Below, one piece after another: positions 45,226-54,906 of a DNA stretch of 64,000 nucleotides. The notes beneath the pieces were generated by a model. The model searched no databases. It saw nothing but the letters and a program-made list of their open reading frames with translations, and was not told the DNA's origin. The stretch is taken from the NCBI GenBank assembly GCA_905203045.1, contig CAJKUH010000007.1:5306-69305 (forward strand), in the 5' to 3' direction. The position numbers were made by a program, and so were the translations under genes. The number at the start of each line of letters is the position of its first letter. Positions within the stretch are counted from its first letter, which is position 1. The stretch is from an uncultured Eggerthella sp. GTDB lineage: Bacteria > Actinomycetota > Coriobacteriia > Coriobacteriales > Eggerthellaceae.

Positions 45226-47518
45226 GCGCACGTATTGTTCGGTGGGCAAGTCGGTCCGCAAGAAAGATTCCCTGCAGCTGCTGCTGGGCAAGCCCGTGTA
45301 CACCGACGACATCACGCCCGATGCCCTGGTGGTGAAGCTGCTGCGAAGCCCCCATGCCAATGCCATCGTGGAGGCTATCGACACGTCGAAGGCGAAGAAG
45401 GTCCCTGGTGTGGTGGACGTGTACACCTGGGAAGATGTCCCCAATCGCCGTTTCTCAAACGCGGGCCAAACTTACCCGGAAACCAGCCCCTATGATCGTT
45501 TGATCATCGACCGGCACGTGCGCTTTGTGGGCGACGTAGTTGCCATTGTGGCTGCCGAAGATGAAGCGGCTGCCAATAAGGCCCTTTCGCGCATCAAAGT
45601 GAGCTACGAGGTGTTGGAACCGGTGCTGGATTTCCGCACGGCACGGGAAAACCCTGTTCTGGTGCACCCCGAAGACGACTGGAAGATGCTGTGCGATCTG
45701 GGCTCGGACGTTAAGCACAACCTGGTTTCGAACACTGCCGACGCCGATGGCGACATTGAAGCGGTGCTTGCCGATTGCGACATTGTTTTGGAGCGCACCT
45801 ACCACACCAAGGCGTACAACCAGGCCATGATGGAAACGTTCCGCACGTTCACGCAGTTCGACCGCTATGGGCGTCTGCATGTGATTTCCTCCACGCAGAT
45901 CGTGTTCCATGTGCGCCGTATCCTCTCGAACGCCCTGGGAATACCGAAAAGCCGTATTCGCGTTGAAAAGCCGCGCATCGGTGGCGGCTTCGGTGCGAAG
46001 CAGACTGCGGTAAGCGAGGTGTATCCGGCGTTCGTGACCATGAAAACGGGTCGTCCTGCCCTGTGCATCTTCTCGCGCAAGGAATCGCAGACCTGTGGCT
46101 CTCCGCGTCATGAAATGCAGATCAAGGTGCGCCTTGGCGCCAACAACGACGGGCGTATTCGCGCGTTGGACGTGAACACGCTTTCCAACACCGGCGCGTA
46201 CGGCGAGCACGGCTGGGCCACTTCGGGTCTTACTGGGCACAAGTCCATTCCGCTGTACACCGGTTCGCTCGAAGCCTTCAAGTTCAACGCCGACGTGGTG
46301 TACACGAACATGCAGCCTTCGGGCGCGTACCGCGGCTTCGGTGCCACGCAGGGCCAGTTCGCCGTTGAAACCACGGTGAACGAGCTTGCTGAAACGCTGG
46401 GCATCGACCCGGTTGCCTTACGTGAGCGCAACATGGTGCGTGAGGGCATGGCCATGCCCGCCTACTACGGTGAAACCACGAACTCGTGCGCGCTCGATCG
46501 TTGCATGGAGCGCTGCAAGGAGCTGTTCGGCTGGGAAGAGAAGTACCCCGTACGCGACATGGGCAACGGAAAGGTCCGTGCGGTGGGCGTTGGCATGTCC
46601 ATGCAAGGCTCGGGCATCTCGGGCGTTGATGTTGGGTCGGTTACCGTGAAGCTGATCGACGACGGCACGTTTACCCTGCTCATCGGCGCGGCTGATATAG
46701 GAACGGGCTGCGACACGATTTTGGCCCAGATGGTAGCCGAGCACATGGATTGCCCGGTCGATGACGTGACGGTGTTCGGCGCCGATACCGACGCTTCCCC
46801 GTACGATTCGGGCTCATATGCTTCTTCCACCACCTATGTGACGGGCATGGCGGTGCAGAAGGCATGTGGCCAGCTGAAGGAAAAGCTGTGCGCCATTGCC
46901 GCCGAGCTGCTGGAATGCCCGCCCGAGGAACTGTGTTACAAGGACGGCCAGGTGCTGCAGGAGCGCACGGGCAAAACCGTTTCGCTTGCCGAGATTGCCG
47001 TGAAAAGCCAGTGCAGCAATGCCGTATCGCCCGAGGCAACTGCTATGCATACTTCGCCTGTTTCGCCTCCGCCGTTCATGGTGGGCATGGCCGAAATCGA
47101 GCTTGACCGCGAAACCGGCGTGGTGCAGGTACTGAACTATACCAGTGTGGTGGACTGCGGCATTGCCATCAATCCGGCGCTGGCGCGCATCCAGGCAGAA
47201 GGCGGCATTGTGCAGGGCACCGGGCACACGCTCATGGAAGACGTGACGCGCACCCCTGCGGGCAAGATCCGCGAATCGAGCTTTTTCACGTACCGTTTGC
47301 CTACCCGCTTGGATACCGGCAACATCACGGTTGAATTCGAGGATTCGTATGAGCCCACGGGCCCGTTCGGTGCGAAGTCCATCGGCGAGATCGTTATCAA
47401 CACGCCTGCCCCGGCCATCACCCATGCAATCTATCGCGCAACGGGCATTTGGCATCGCGAGCTGCCCATTTTGCCCGAGCATATTCTGTTGGCAAAGCCT
47501 GAGGAGCAGCAATTCTAA
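45218..47518 (+). CDS. xanthine dehydrogenase family molybdopterin-binding (large) subunit
   Basis: 767 aa. GGGFGAKQ and YRGFGATQGQ motifs of the aldehyde oxidase/XDH Mo-binding family. GTG start overlaps the Fe-S gene by 8 nt. Confidence 0.9.
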   Translation: MDKRTYCSVGKSVRKKDSLQLLLGKPVYTDDITPDALVVKLLRSPHANAIVEAIDTSKAKKVPGVVDVYTWEDVPNRRFSNAGQTYPETSPYDRLIIDRHVRFVGDVVAIVAAEDEAAANKALSRIKVSYEVLEPVLDFRTARENPVLVHPEDDWKMLCDLGSDVKHNLVSNTADADGDIEAVLADCDIVLERTYHTKAYNQAMMETFRTFTQFDRYGRLHVISSTQIVFHVRRILSNALGIPKSRIRVEKPRIGGGFGAKQTAVSEVYPAFVTMKTGRPALCIFSRKESQTCGSPRHEMQIKVRLGANNDGRIRALDVNTLSNTGAYGEHGWATSGLTGHKSIPLYTGSLEAFKFNADVVYTNMQPSGAYRGFGATQGQFAVETTVNELAETLGIDPVALRERNMVREGMAMPAYYGETTNSCALDRCMERCKELFGWEEKYPVRDMGNGKVRAVGVGMSMQGSGISGVDVGSVTVKLIDDGTFTLLIGAADIGTGCDTILAQMVAEHMDCPVDDVTVFGADTDASPYDSGSYASSTTYVTGMAVQKACGQLKEKLCAIAAELLECPPEELCYKDGQVLQERTGKTVSLAEIAVKSQCSNAVSPEATAMHTSPVSPPPFMVGMAEIELDRETGVVQVLNYTSVVDCGIAINPALARIQAEGGIVQGTGHTLMEDVTRTPAGKIRESSFFTYRLPTRLDTGNITVEFEDSYEPTGPFGAKSIGEIVINTPAPAITHAIYRATGIWHRELPILPEHILLAKPEEQQF

Positions 47519-47523
47519 GCCGG

Positions 47524-48183
47524 TTGTTGCACATCGAACGCGGGGTAACGGCCCTGATCGGCGGTGGGGGTAAAACCACGTTGCTGCACACGCTGGCAGA
47601 AGAGCTTTCGCAGACCGGCCGTGTTGTGGTGGCAACCAGCACGAAGATGCTGGTGCCCGACTGGTGCTCGGTTCTGATCGACGCATCGGTTGCGGACGTC
47701 GAGCTCGAGCTTCAGCGCAGTTCCATTGTATGTACGGGCGGCATCCACAAGCCAACGGGGAAGTTGGATGCGTCGAGCGTGCCGTTTTCCCGTTTGGCTG
47801 CGGTAGCCGATTATGTGGTGGTGGAAGCCGACGGTTCGAAGGGACTTCCGCTCAAAGCGCATGCCCCGCACGAACCGGTAATCCCATCGTGTGCGCATAA
47901 CGTGGTTTGCGTAGTTGGCATCGACGGGGTGGGCAAGCCTCTTTCGCAGGCATGCCATCGTCCGGAACGTTTTGCGGAGTTGGCGAATGCTTCGCTGGCC
48001 GATGCTGTTACGTCCGGGATGGTTGCCGCGGTATTCGAGGCCGAGGGCCTTCATCGTAGGGTGTACGTGAACAAGGTGGAAACCGTCTCCGATTGGCGCA
48101 ATGCCGAGGAGCTGGCGCAGCATAGTAGCACGCCGGTTGTGGCGGGAAGCCTTTGGAAGGGGGAGTTCCGATGTTTGCGGTAG
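47524..48183 (+). CDS. YqeC-like probable selenium-dependent hydroxylase accessory protein (P-loop)
   Basis: 219 aa with the N-terminal ALIGGGGKTTLLHTLAEEL Walker-A-like motif. Size and position match the YqeC family described with selenium-dependent molybdenum hydroxylases. TTG start 6 nt after the large-subunit stop. Confidence 0.55.
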   Translation: MLHIERGVTALIGGGGKTTLLHTLAEELSQTGRVVVATSTKMLVPDWCSVLIDASVADVELELQRSSIVCTGGIHKPTGKLDASSVPFSRLAAVADYVVVEADGSKGLPLKAHAPHEPVIPSCAHNVVCVVGIDGVGKPLSQACHRPERFAELANASLADAVTSGMVAAVFEAEGLHRRVYVNKVETVSDWRNAEELAQHSSTPVVAGSLWKGEFRCLR

Positions 48184-48974
48184 TTCGTGGCGCAGGCGAC
48201 ATAGCAAGCGCTATTGCACTGCGTTTGGTGCGTTCGGGCATTTCGGTTGTGATGACCGAGGTTGCAAAGCCTTTGACGGTACGCAGGACCGTTGCATTCA
48301 GCGAGGCGGTTCGCTTGGGGAAAACCCAGGTAGAAGGCATTGACGCCGTGCTTGCCAAGGATGTTGCGCAGACAGCTGCTCTGTTGGAGCAGGGCAGCGT
48401 TGTTCCCGTGCTGGTAGATCCTGAATGCGAATGCTTGAGCTTATGCCCTGATGTGGTGGTAGATGCCATCCTTGCCAAACGGAACCTGGGCACTACTATC
48501 GATATGGCACCGGTGGTAGTTGGCGTAGGGCCAGGGTTCACCGCACAGGTAGACTGCCATGCGGTGGTGGAAACCATGCGTGGGCATACTCTTGGTCGCG
48601 TTTACTACCGCGGTTCGGCCCTTCCCAACACGGCGGTGCCGGGGTTGGTGGGCGGCTTTGCGGGCGAGCGTGTGCTGCGGGCACCTGCCGATGGCGTTTT
48701 CCATGATGTTTCTGCGATAGGCGATGTGGTTGCGCAAGGTCAGGTTGTTGCCTACGTCGACGATGCTCCCGTCCATGCCACGCTCAACGGTGTGCTTCGC
48801 GGGCTCATTGCCGAAGGCGTGCCGGTTACTGCAGGGCTGAAATGCGGCGATGTCGATCCGCGCGGCGATGCCAGTTACTGCAACTTGGTGTCCGACAAAG
48901 GCTTGGCGGTAGCGGGCGGTGTACTCGAGGCTGTTCTGCATATAAGCGGTTGTCTTTCGAGCTTTGGAAACTAG
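48171..48974 (+). CDS. YqeB-like selenium-dependent molybdenum hydroxylase system protein
   Basis: 267 aa. N-terminal VVRGAGDIASAIALRL Rossmann-like motif as in the YqeB/EF2563 family. ATG overlaps the yqeC-like stop. RBS GGAAGGGGGAG. Confidence 0.5.
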   Translation: MFAVVRGAGDIASAIALRLVRSGISVVMTEVAKPLTVRRTVAFSEAVRLGKTQVEGIDAVLAKDVAQTAALLEQGSVVPVLVDPECECLSLCPDVVVDAILAKRNLGTTIDMAPVVVGVGPGFTAQVDCHAVVETMRGHTLGRVYYRGSALPNTAVPGLVGGFAGERVLRAPADGVFHDVSAIGDVVAQGQVVAYVDDAPVHATLNGVLRGLIAEGVPVTAGLKCGDVDPRGDASYCNLVSDKGLAVAGGVLEAVLHISGCLSSFGN

Positions 48975-48985
48975 GAGGAAAGCAC

Positions 48986-49984
48986 ATGCGTGAAATCGCA
49001 GAAGGCATTGCTGATGCTATAGGCCGTGGCGGCGATACTGTTTTGGTTACCGTGGTGCAGGGCAGGGGCTCGACGCCGCGCCATGGTGGCTCGCAGATGC
49101 TGATAGATGCCAAGGGTCTGGCTTGCGGCACCATCGGCGGCGGTGCGGTGGAAGCCCATGGCATCGAAACAGCCCTTGCGTTGCTTGGCCAGCGAAAGGC
49201 CCGCGTGGAAGATCTGGGCCTGCGGAAAGACTTAGGAATGGCATGCGGGGGCGGTGCAACGCTGCTGTACACGCCCATCTGCGCCAACGATGAGGAATGG
49301 CGCGCGGTGGCTCTTGAGCTTCTTCGCTACTATAACGAGCGCATCGATGCCTGTTTGGTTCTGCGATGCGTTGTGGGCGAAGGGCCGTTTGAGGGTGGCG
49401 TTGCCTTGTTCGATGCCAGCGGTGCTTTGCTTGCAGGGCATGGAGGAATCGATGCAGATTCGCTTGGCAGCCTGTGCGAACCGCATAATGCCGGCAGCTG
49501 GTTTGTTATGCCGGTTTGCCTTCCGGTACGTGCCGTTGTTTTCGGCGGCGGCCATGTGGGGCGCGCCACCGTTGAGGCCTTGTCGCGCGTGGGGTTTGCG
49601 TGCACTCTCTACGATAATCGCCCTGAATTTGCTGTGCCTGAGCGTTTCCCTTCGGCGCAGGAGGTGATATGCGGCAGCTACCAGGATATCGCCGCATCGT
49701 TCGCGTTCGATAAGCGTGATTTCGTCCTTATTATGACAAGCGGGCACGAGTCGGATTTCGCAGTTTTGGGACAGGCTTTGCGCCAGCCGTTGGCGTATGT
49801 CGGGATGATGGGCTCGCGCAGGAAAATCGCCACCGGGCGCTCCCGTATGCTGCAGGCTGGCATTTCCGAGGAAGCCTTCGATGCCGTGCATGCCCCTATC
49901 GGCTTGGAAATCAAGGCTGAAACACCCGAGGAAATAGCCGTTAGCATCGCTGCTGAATGCATCTTGTGCCGCGCTGAAGGTTGA
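48986..49984 (+). CDS. XdhC/CoxI family molybdenum hydroxylase maturation factor
   Basis: N-terminal XdhC_CoxI domain (TVLVTVVQGRGSTPRHGGSQMLI) and C-terminal Rossmann-like domain (VVFGGGHVGRAT). RBS AGGAGGAA. Confidence 0.8.
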   Translation: MREIAEGIADAIGRGGDTVLVTVVQGRGSTPRHGGSQMLIDAKGLACGTIGGGAVEAHGIETALALLGQRKARVEDLGLRKDLGMACGGGATLLYTPICANDEEWRAVALELLRYYNERIDACLVLRCVVGEGPFEGGVALFDASGALLAGHGGIDADSLGSLCEPHNAGSWFVMPVCLPVRAVVFGGGHVGRATVEALSRVGFACTLYDNRPEFAVPERFPSAQEVICGSYQDIAASFAFDKRDFVLIMTSGHESDFAVLGQALRQPLAYVGMMGSRRKIATGRSRMLQAGISEEAFDAVHAPIGLEIKAETPEEIAVSIAAECILCRAEG

Positions 49985-50064
49985 TCTGCTGGTAGGGGTG
50001 GCTGCGCCGTCTTCGTTTTGCGAGAATATAAGGGTAGTTTTGGGGACTATTCAGGAGGGACGTC

Positions 50065-50571
50065 ATGGAAGAAACCAACGACATCCAAGCACTTATGGAG
50101 CGCATCAAAGAGCAGGAAACTGCCTACGAGTTCGATGGCATTAACGAAGAGCTCGCTTTGCAGATGGGCCTTTACGTGGTTCGCCGCGCTAAAGAGCTTG
50201 GTAAGCCTGTGGCAACGCGCATTACCGTGAACCGCCGAACGTTGTTCTCGTTTTCGATGGCAGGTACGAAGCCCGAAAGCGACAATTGGCTTCGCCGCAA
50301 GGAAAACCTTGCCTATGCCACGAACCAAAGCTCGTATTACTGGGAGTGCTGGTGCGAGCAGGGCCTGCATCCTTTCGAGTGGCGCGGTATGACGTATGAA
50401 GACTATGCGCCGGCAGGCGGGTGCTTCCCTTTGTGCGTGAAGGGCGTTGGCATGGTGGGCACCCTTACTATTTCAGGTATGGCAAGCCATGAAGATCATG
50501 CGCTTGCCTTTGAAACGGTGGGGAAGGCGGCTGAAGGCACGCTGGGGGTAGACATTTCCGGTTTGCTATAG
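50065..50571 (+). CDS. GlcG/DUF336 (HbpS-like, heme-binding) family protein
   Basis: 168 aa. The C-terminal GGCFPLCVKGVGMVGTLTISGMASHEDHALA resembles the GlcG GG(V/I)P...G..GVSG motif. RBS AGGAGGGA. Confidence 0.55.
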   Translation: MEETNDIQALMERIKEQETAYEFDGINEELALQMGLYVVRRAKELGKPVATRITVNRRTLFSFSMAGTKPESDNWLRRKENLAYATNQSSYYWECWCEQGLHPFEWRGMTYEDYAPAGGCFPLCVKGVGMVGTLTISGMASHEDHALAFETVGKAAEGTLGVDISGLL

Positions 50572-50619
50572 CGCCAATATGAAACGGGCCTGATGGGATG
50601 TCCCCTCAGGCCCGTTTGC

Positions 50620-52434
50620 TTAGCGCACGTATTCGAATGTTGCTGCGTCGAACATTCCTTCAGGGCGTATGCGCAGCGTGGGAATAACGGCCAAGGGCAG
50701 GAATATGATGCCCATAATGGGATCGAGTGGTTCGCGGATGCCCATATTGCGAGCTGCTTCCATGAAGGCGTCGTGCTGAGTGGCAACTTCTTCTGCGGTG
50801 CCGTCGCTCATAAGACCCCCTAACGGAAGAGGTATTTTCGCTACTACCTTGCCGTTTTGAACCAGCACGTGGCCGCCTTGGTCCAGCGATTCAACGGCCT
50901 TGAGCATATCGGCAGGGTTGGTTCCCACCACGCACACGTTGTGCGAATCGTGTCCGACGGTTGAAGCGATGGCGCCGTTTTCAATGGGGTAGCCATGCAC
51001 CCATCCACGTCCAAGGTGCGTGCCTACCAGTTCAAGCCCCGCCGCCTGCTGTGCAGGCGGGGTAGCGTTTTGGGCGGCAACACCACGACCGTGACGCTCT
51101 ATCAATGCGATGCGGCACAGGCCGGCATCGCTATCGGGCCTGAGCAACCCGGTGATGGCTTTACCGGGAATAACGTCGATAACCGCTTCACCTGGGCGGA
51201 ACGGATAGTCGAACACTTCCTTGGAAAGACGGGGCAGCTTAACCGAAGCGCGCAGGTTGTTTGCCAGGCGCTGCACTTCAGCTGATTCGTCTGCAATGCG
51301 GCCGACGAACGTGCCCTGTTCGGCAACAAGCGATCCTGCCGCATAAACGCGATAGGGAGCGCAGGTGAACGAAAGGTCGTCGAGCAGCAGGATATCGGCA
51401 CGTTTGCCAGGGGCAATGGCGCCGCGCTTTTCCAGCGGGTCGGCGAACCTATGGTCGAAGCCGAAGCACTCGGCAGCAGAAAGTGTGCCCATGGTAATTG
51501 CCGTTACCGGGTCGATCCCCGCTTCGATGGCAACGCGGCAGGTGTTGTCTATCATGCCGGCCGTTAGGGCATCCGATGGGGCTCGATCGTCGGTTGCGAA
51601 GCAGCAGCGGCGGGCACGCGCCTTGTTTTCAAGAAGAAGCGGGACAAGGTTTGCCAGGTCGTGGCTGCAGGTTCCCTCGCGCAGCATCACGTACATCCCA
51701 CGGGAAAGCTTTGCCAACGCTTCTTCGGGGTTGGTCGACTCGTGATCGGCGATGATGCCAGTTGCCGCATAGGCGTTGAGGTTGGCATCCGACACCAGTG
51801 GGGCATGACCGTCCACCAGCCCCGATTCCGTGAGCTTCGCCGCTTCGATACGGGAAAGCGTTTCCTCGTCGGCGTTCAGCACGCCTGGCAGGTTCATCAT
51901 TTCCCCCAGCCCGAATACCTCGGTGGGGTGGGCTGCCATGAATGCGCGCATGTCTGCAGCGGTGATGGTGGCTCCCGCTTGCTCGTCGGGCAAGGCGGGC
52001 ACACAGGAAGGCATCATGAACTTGAGGGAAATGGGCGCACGCTTGCCGTCTTCGACCATGAAGCGCAGCCCGTCCAAGCCTGCCACGTTGCTTATCTCGT
52101 GACTGTCGGCAATGGCAGTGGTGGTTCCCCGCGTTGCCGCCATGCGGGCGTATTCAGCGGGCCTGATGTTCGAAGACTCTATGTGCAGGTGTCCATCGAT
52201 GAAACCTGGCGTTAGGTAGCGGTTCTCGCAATCAACCGTTTCACTTGCGTCGTATTCGGGCGCTTTGTCTCCCTCGAAGGAAACGCCTACGATAACGCCG
52301 TCTTTCACGGCAACGCTTCCAGGCACAATGCGCTGACCATACACATCAACGATGCGTGCGTTAACGAACAGCGTGTCGATGGGTATGCGCGCCTGCGCGG
52401 CGTCGATGATGGTTCTCAGGCTCTGCGTTGTCAT
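50620..52434 (-). CDS. ade: adenine deaminase
   Basis: 604 aa. Amidohydrolase metal site (GFIDGHLHIESS) and adenine-deaminase C-terminal domain. RBS AGGAG before MTTQS. The longer upstream ORF start was rejected. Confidence 0.85.
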   Translation of the reverse strand: MTTQSLRTIIDAAQARIPIDTLFVNARIVDVYGQRIVPGSVAVKDGVIVGVSFEGDKAPEYDASETVDCENRYLTPGFIDGHLHIESSNIRPAEYARMAATRGTTTAIADSHEISNVAGLDGLRFMVEDGKRAPISLKFMMPSCVPALPDEQAGATITAADMRAFMAAHPTEVFGLGEMMNLPGVLNADEETLSRIEAAKLTESGLVDGHAPLVSDANLNAYAATGIIADHESTNPEEALAKLSRGMYVMLREGTCSHDLANLVPLLLENKARARRCCFATDDRAPSDALTAGMIDNTCRVAIEAGIDPVTAITMGTLSAAECFGFDHRFADPLEKRGAIAPGKRADILLLDDLSFTCAPYRVYAAGSLVAEQGTFVGRIADESAEVQRLANNLRASVKLPRLSKEVFDYPFRPGEAVIDVIPGKAITGLLRPDSDAGLCRIALIERHGRGVAAQNATPPAQQAAGLELVGTHLGRGWVHGYPIENGAIASTVGHDSHNVCVVGTNPADMLKAVESLDQGGHVLVQNGKVVAKIPLPLGGLMSDGTAEEVATQHDAFMEAARNMGIREPLDPIMGIIFLPLAVIPTLRIRPEGMFDAATFEYVR

Positions 52435-52523
52435 GATGGCTCCTGTGATTGGCGAAAAACTGTTGTTTAGGGTATTGGTCTGCACGGCTTCACGCAATGC
52501 ATTTGGCAGTGACGTGATGCAGC

Positions 52524-52558
52524 TGTTTAAAAGGAACAGGCCACAAGTGGGGCCTGCG
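52524..52558 (-). terminator. terminator after map (minus strand)
   Basis: CAGGCCCCACTTGTGGCCTG hairpin followed on the minus strand by TTCCTTTTAAAC. Confidence 0.65.
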
Positions 52559-52586
52559 ATCAATCGGTTGTTGCGGTGCTTTGATG

Positions 52587-53471
52587 CTACCAGGAAATAA
52601 GCTCGTAGCCGTCTTCGGTTACTACCAGCTGCACTTCCCACTGCGCTGAATCGGAGCCGTCTTTCGTGCGAACGGTCCAGCCGTTTGGATCTTCCATGTT
52701 GAGGTCGGGCTTGCCTGCGTTGATCATCGGCTCGATGGTGAAGCACATGCCCGGTGCCAGCACCGCGCCTTCGCCAGGTTCGCCCACGAAGAATACGAAC
52801 GGGTCCTCGTGGAACTCCTTGCCGATGCCGTGGCCGCCGAATTCGCGGACCACGCTGAAGCCGTTTTCCTCGGCATAGCTTTGCACCGCGTGGGCGATAT
52901 CGCCTACCGTTGCCCAGGGCTTCACTTCCGCAAGGCCGCGCTGCACGGCTTCGTACGTGACGTCGACGAGCTTCTTGCGCTCGGGGCTTACCTCGCCGAT
53001 GCAGAACATGCGCGAGGAATCGGAGAAGTACCCGTCAAGGATGGTTGAGCAGTCAACGTTTACGATGTCGCCTTCCTCCAGCACATCGTCTTCGCTGGGG
53101 ATGCCATGGCACACTACGTTGTTGATGGAAGTGCACACGCTGTTGGGGTAGCCCTCGAAGTCCAAGTCGGCAGGGATGCCGCCGTGCTCTACCGTGTAGT
53201 CGTAGATCCACTTGTCGATTTCTGCAGTGGTCACGCCAGGCTTGATGTGCTCGGCAACGTAGTCCAGCACGCCGATGTTGATTGCGGCAGAGCGCTTTAT
53301 GCCCTCGATGTCCTCAGGCGTTTTCAACAAGGTACGAGGCACTACCTCGTATCCTTCCAAGTAATAGTCTTCCAAGCGGGCATCGATTGGGCCGTGGCAT
53401 TTCTTGTATTTCTTGCCGCTGCCGCACCAGCACTCATCGTTGCGTCCAGGCTTTGGGCCGTTGTCGTACAT
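52587..53471 (-). CDS. map: type I methionine aminopeptidase with N-terminal SEC-C-like zinc motif
   Basis: N-terminal CWCGSGKKYKKCHG. MetAP metal ligands (D..D..H..E..E). RBS AAGGAG. Confidence 0.9.
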   Translation of the reverse strand: MYDNGPKPGRNDECWCGSGKKYKKCHGPIDARLEDYYLEGYEVVPRTLLKTPEDIEGIKRSAAINIGVLDYVAEHIKPGVTTAEIDKWIYDYTVEHGGIPADLDFEGYPNSVCTSINNVVCHGIPSEDDVLEEGDIVNVDCSTILDGYFSDSSRMFCIGEVSPERKKLVDVTYEAVQRGLAEVKPWATVGDIAHAVQSYAEENGFSVVREFGGHGIGKEFHEDPFVFFVGEPGEGAVLAPGMCFTIEPMINAGKPDLNMEDPNGWTVRTKDGSDSAQWEVQLVVTEDGYELISW

Positions 53472-53751
53472 GTAAGCTCCTTGATTGCGTGTGCCCGACG
53501 AATCGGGCCGGTTTTTGTCTCAGTAGTTAGCTTAAGCTAATAAACGGGTAAAACAAGGGCACGCTACCTATCTTTATGCTGCCTTGCTTTAACGAATTCG
53601 CATTCTGAGCCGCTTACTTTGCGAAGTGGTTGTTCGGAGTTCGAAAAGGCCAGCAAACGCAAGCGCATCGCAGTTGCTGAACGCGGATAACGGATGCAGC
53701 TTGCTCGTCTGAGTTTGGTGTTTCTTCTATGGCGTGTGTTTTGCGCTAAAA

Positions 53752-53770
53752 TAGTCCTTAAATCGGACTA
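53752..53770. promoter_or_regulatory. palindromic putative MarR operator upstream of marR (TAGTCC-N7-GGACTA)
   Basis: Seen directly. Followed by the shared TAATAAGG element and the marR RBS. Confidence 0.5.
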
Positions 53771-53783
53771 ATAAGGAACTGAA

Positions 53784-54215
53784 ATGTCTTCTGACTCGCA
53801 TGCAGATTTTGGAACCGCCTGGTATCGCATCAATGCGGTGTACGAAAAATTTGCCCGCTCAAACGAACTGTCACTCAACGGCATGCTGGTATTTGCGCAT
53901 GTTTGCTGTGAAGAGGGCATTACTCAGACAGAAGTGGGCGAACGGGCGTTGATTCCGAAGCAGACCGCGAACAGCATCGTTAAAGCGCTGCTGAATCGGG
54001 GGCTTATTGAGCTGAAATCGCTTGAGTCGGACAAACGCAGCAAGGGAATTTTCCTTACCAGCAAAGGGCTTGAGTTCAAACGACGCACGATAGACAAGAT
54101 TTCCAGGGCAGAGCGATCGGCGCTCGAGGGGCTTGACGTCACCATTCGCGAGGCAATGGTGGAGGGCCTTACGGTTTATGCTGCAGCATTTCATAAGGCG
54201 CTCTTGGACGAGTGA
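53784..54215 (+). CDS. MarR family transcriptional regulator
   Basis: 143 aa with a winged HTH (LNGMLVFAHVCCEEGITQTEVGERALIPKQTANSIVKALLNRGLIE). Confidence 0.8.
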   Translation: MSSDSHADFGTAWYRINAVYEKFARSNELSLNGMLVFAHVCCEEGITQTEVGERALIPKQTANSIVKALLNRGLIELKSLESDKRSKGIFLTSKGLEFKRRTIDKISRAERSALEGLDVTIREAMVEGLTVYAAAFHKALLDE

Positions 54216-54247
54216 CGAAATCTTAGCCTAAAAATTTTACGTCAAAG

Positions 54248-54265
54248 TAGTCCGAATCTCGGACT
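54248..54265. promoter_or_regulatory. second copy of the palindromic operator (TAGTCCGA-atc-TCGGACT) upstream of the NmrA-like/FMN reductase operon
   Basis: Same TAGTCC...GGACT arms as the site before marR. Also followed by TTTTAATAAGG and then the RBS. Confidence 0.5.
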
Positions 54266-54295
54266 TTTAATAAGGGCAACAGGAGAAAATGCAAG

Positions 54296-54898
54296 ATGAA
54301 GAAAGTAGTTATTTTCAGCGCTGCTGGCCACACCGGCAAATACATCACGCGCAAGATACGCAGCATGGAAGATGTTGAGGTTACCGCTTTTGTGCGCAAC
54401 CCGGCGAAGTTCAGCGCCAATGAAATCGAAGGTGTAACCGTTGTTCAGGGCGATGCACTTAACGCTGATGATGTTAAGCGTGCAATGGAGGGCCAGGACA
54501 TCCTGCTTTGCTCGTTGGAGGGCGATGTCCTCACTATGGCGAAGAACATCATTGATGCGCTTCCCTCGACCTCAGTGCGTCGCATCGTGTGGATTACCGG
54601 CATGGGCATCCATGGCGAAATCAAGGGGCCACGTGGCGTCATGCTTGGTTTGCTTGCTAAGCAACGACCCGAATATGTTAAGGCTGCTGATGCTATTGTA
54701 GCCAGTAGGGTGCCGGCAACGCTTCTTCGTTGTCCTGGTATCCAAAACGGCGAAAACACTGGTTACTGCCTTACCCAAGAAAGCGAGCAACCGGCAAAGC
54801 GCAACGTCGATCGCGCCGCAATTGCCCAGTTCATGGCTGATGTGGTTACCGACGAAGCGCTTGGCGCAAATGAGAGTCTGGGTATCACGAACGATTAG
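54296..54898 (+). CDS. NAD(P)H-binding protein (NmrA-like/atypical SDR)
   Basis: N-terminal Rossmann motif VVIFSAAGHTGKYITRK. 200 aa. Confidence 0.7.
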   Translation: MKKVVIFSAAGHTGKYITRKIRSMEDVEVTAFVRNPAKFSANEIEGVTVVQGDALNADDVKRAMEGQDILLCSLEGDVLTMAKNIIDALPSTSVRRIVWITGMGIHGEIKGPRGVMLGLLAKQRPEYVKAADAIVASRVPATLLRCPGIQNGENTGYCLTQESEQPAKRNVDRAAIAQFMADVVTDEALGANESLGITND

Positions 54899-54906
54899 GA
54901 GTAGTG

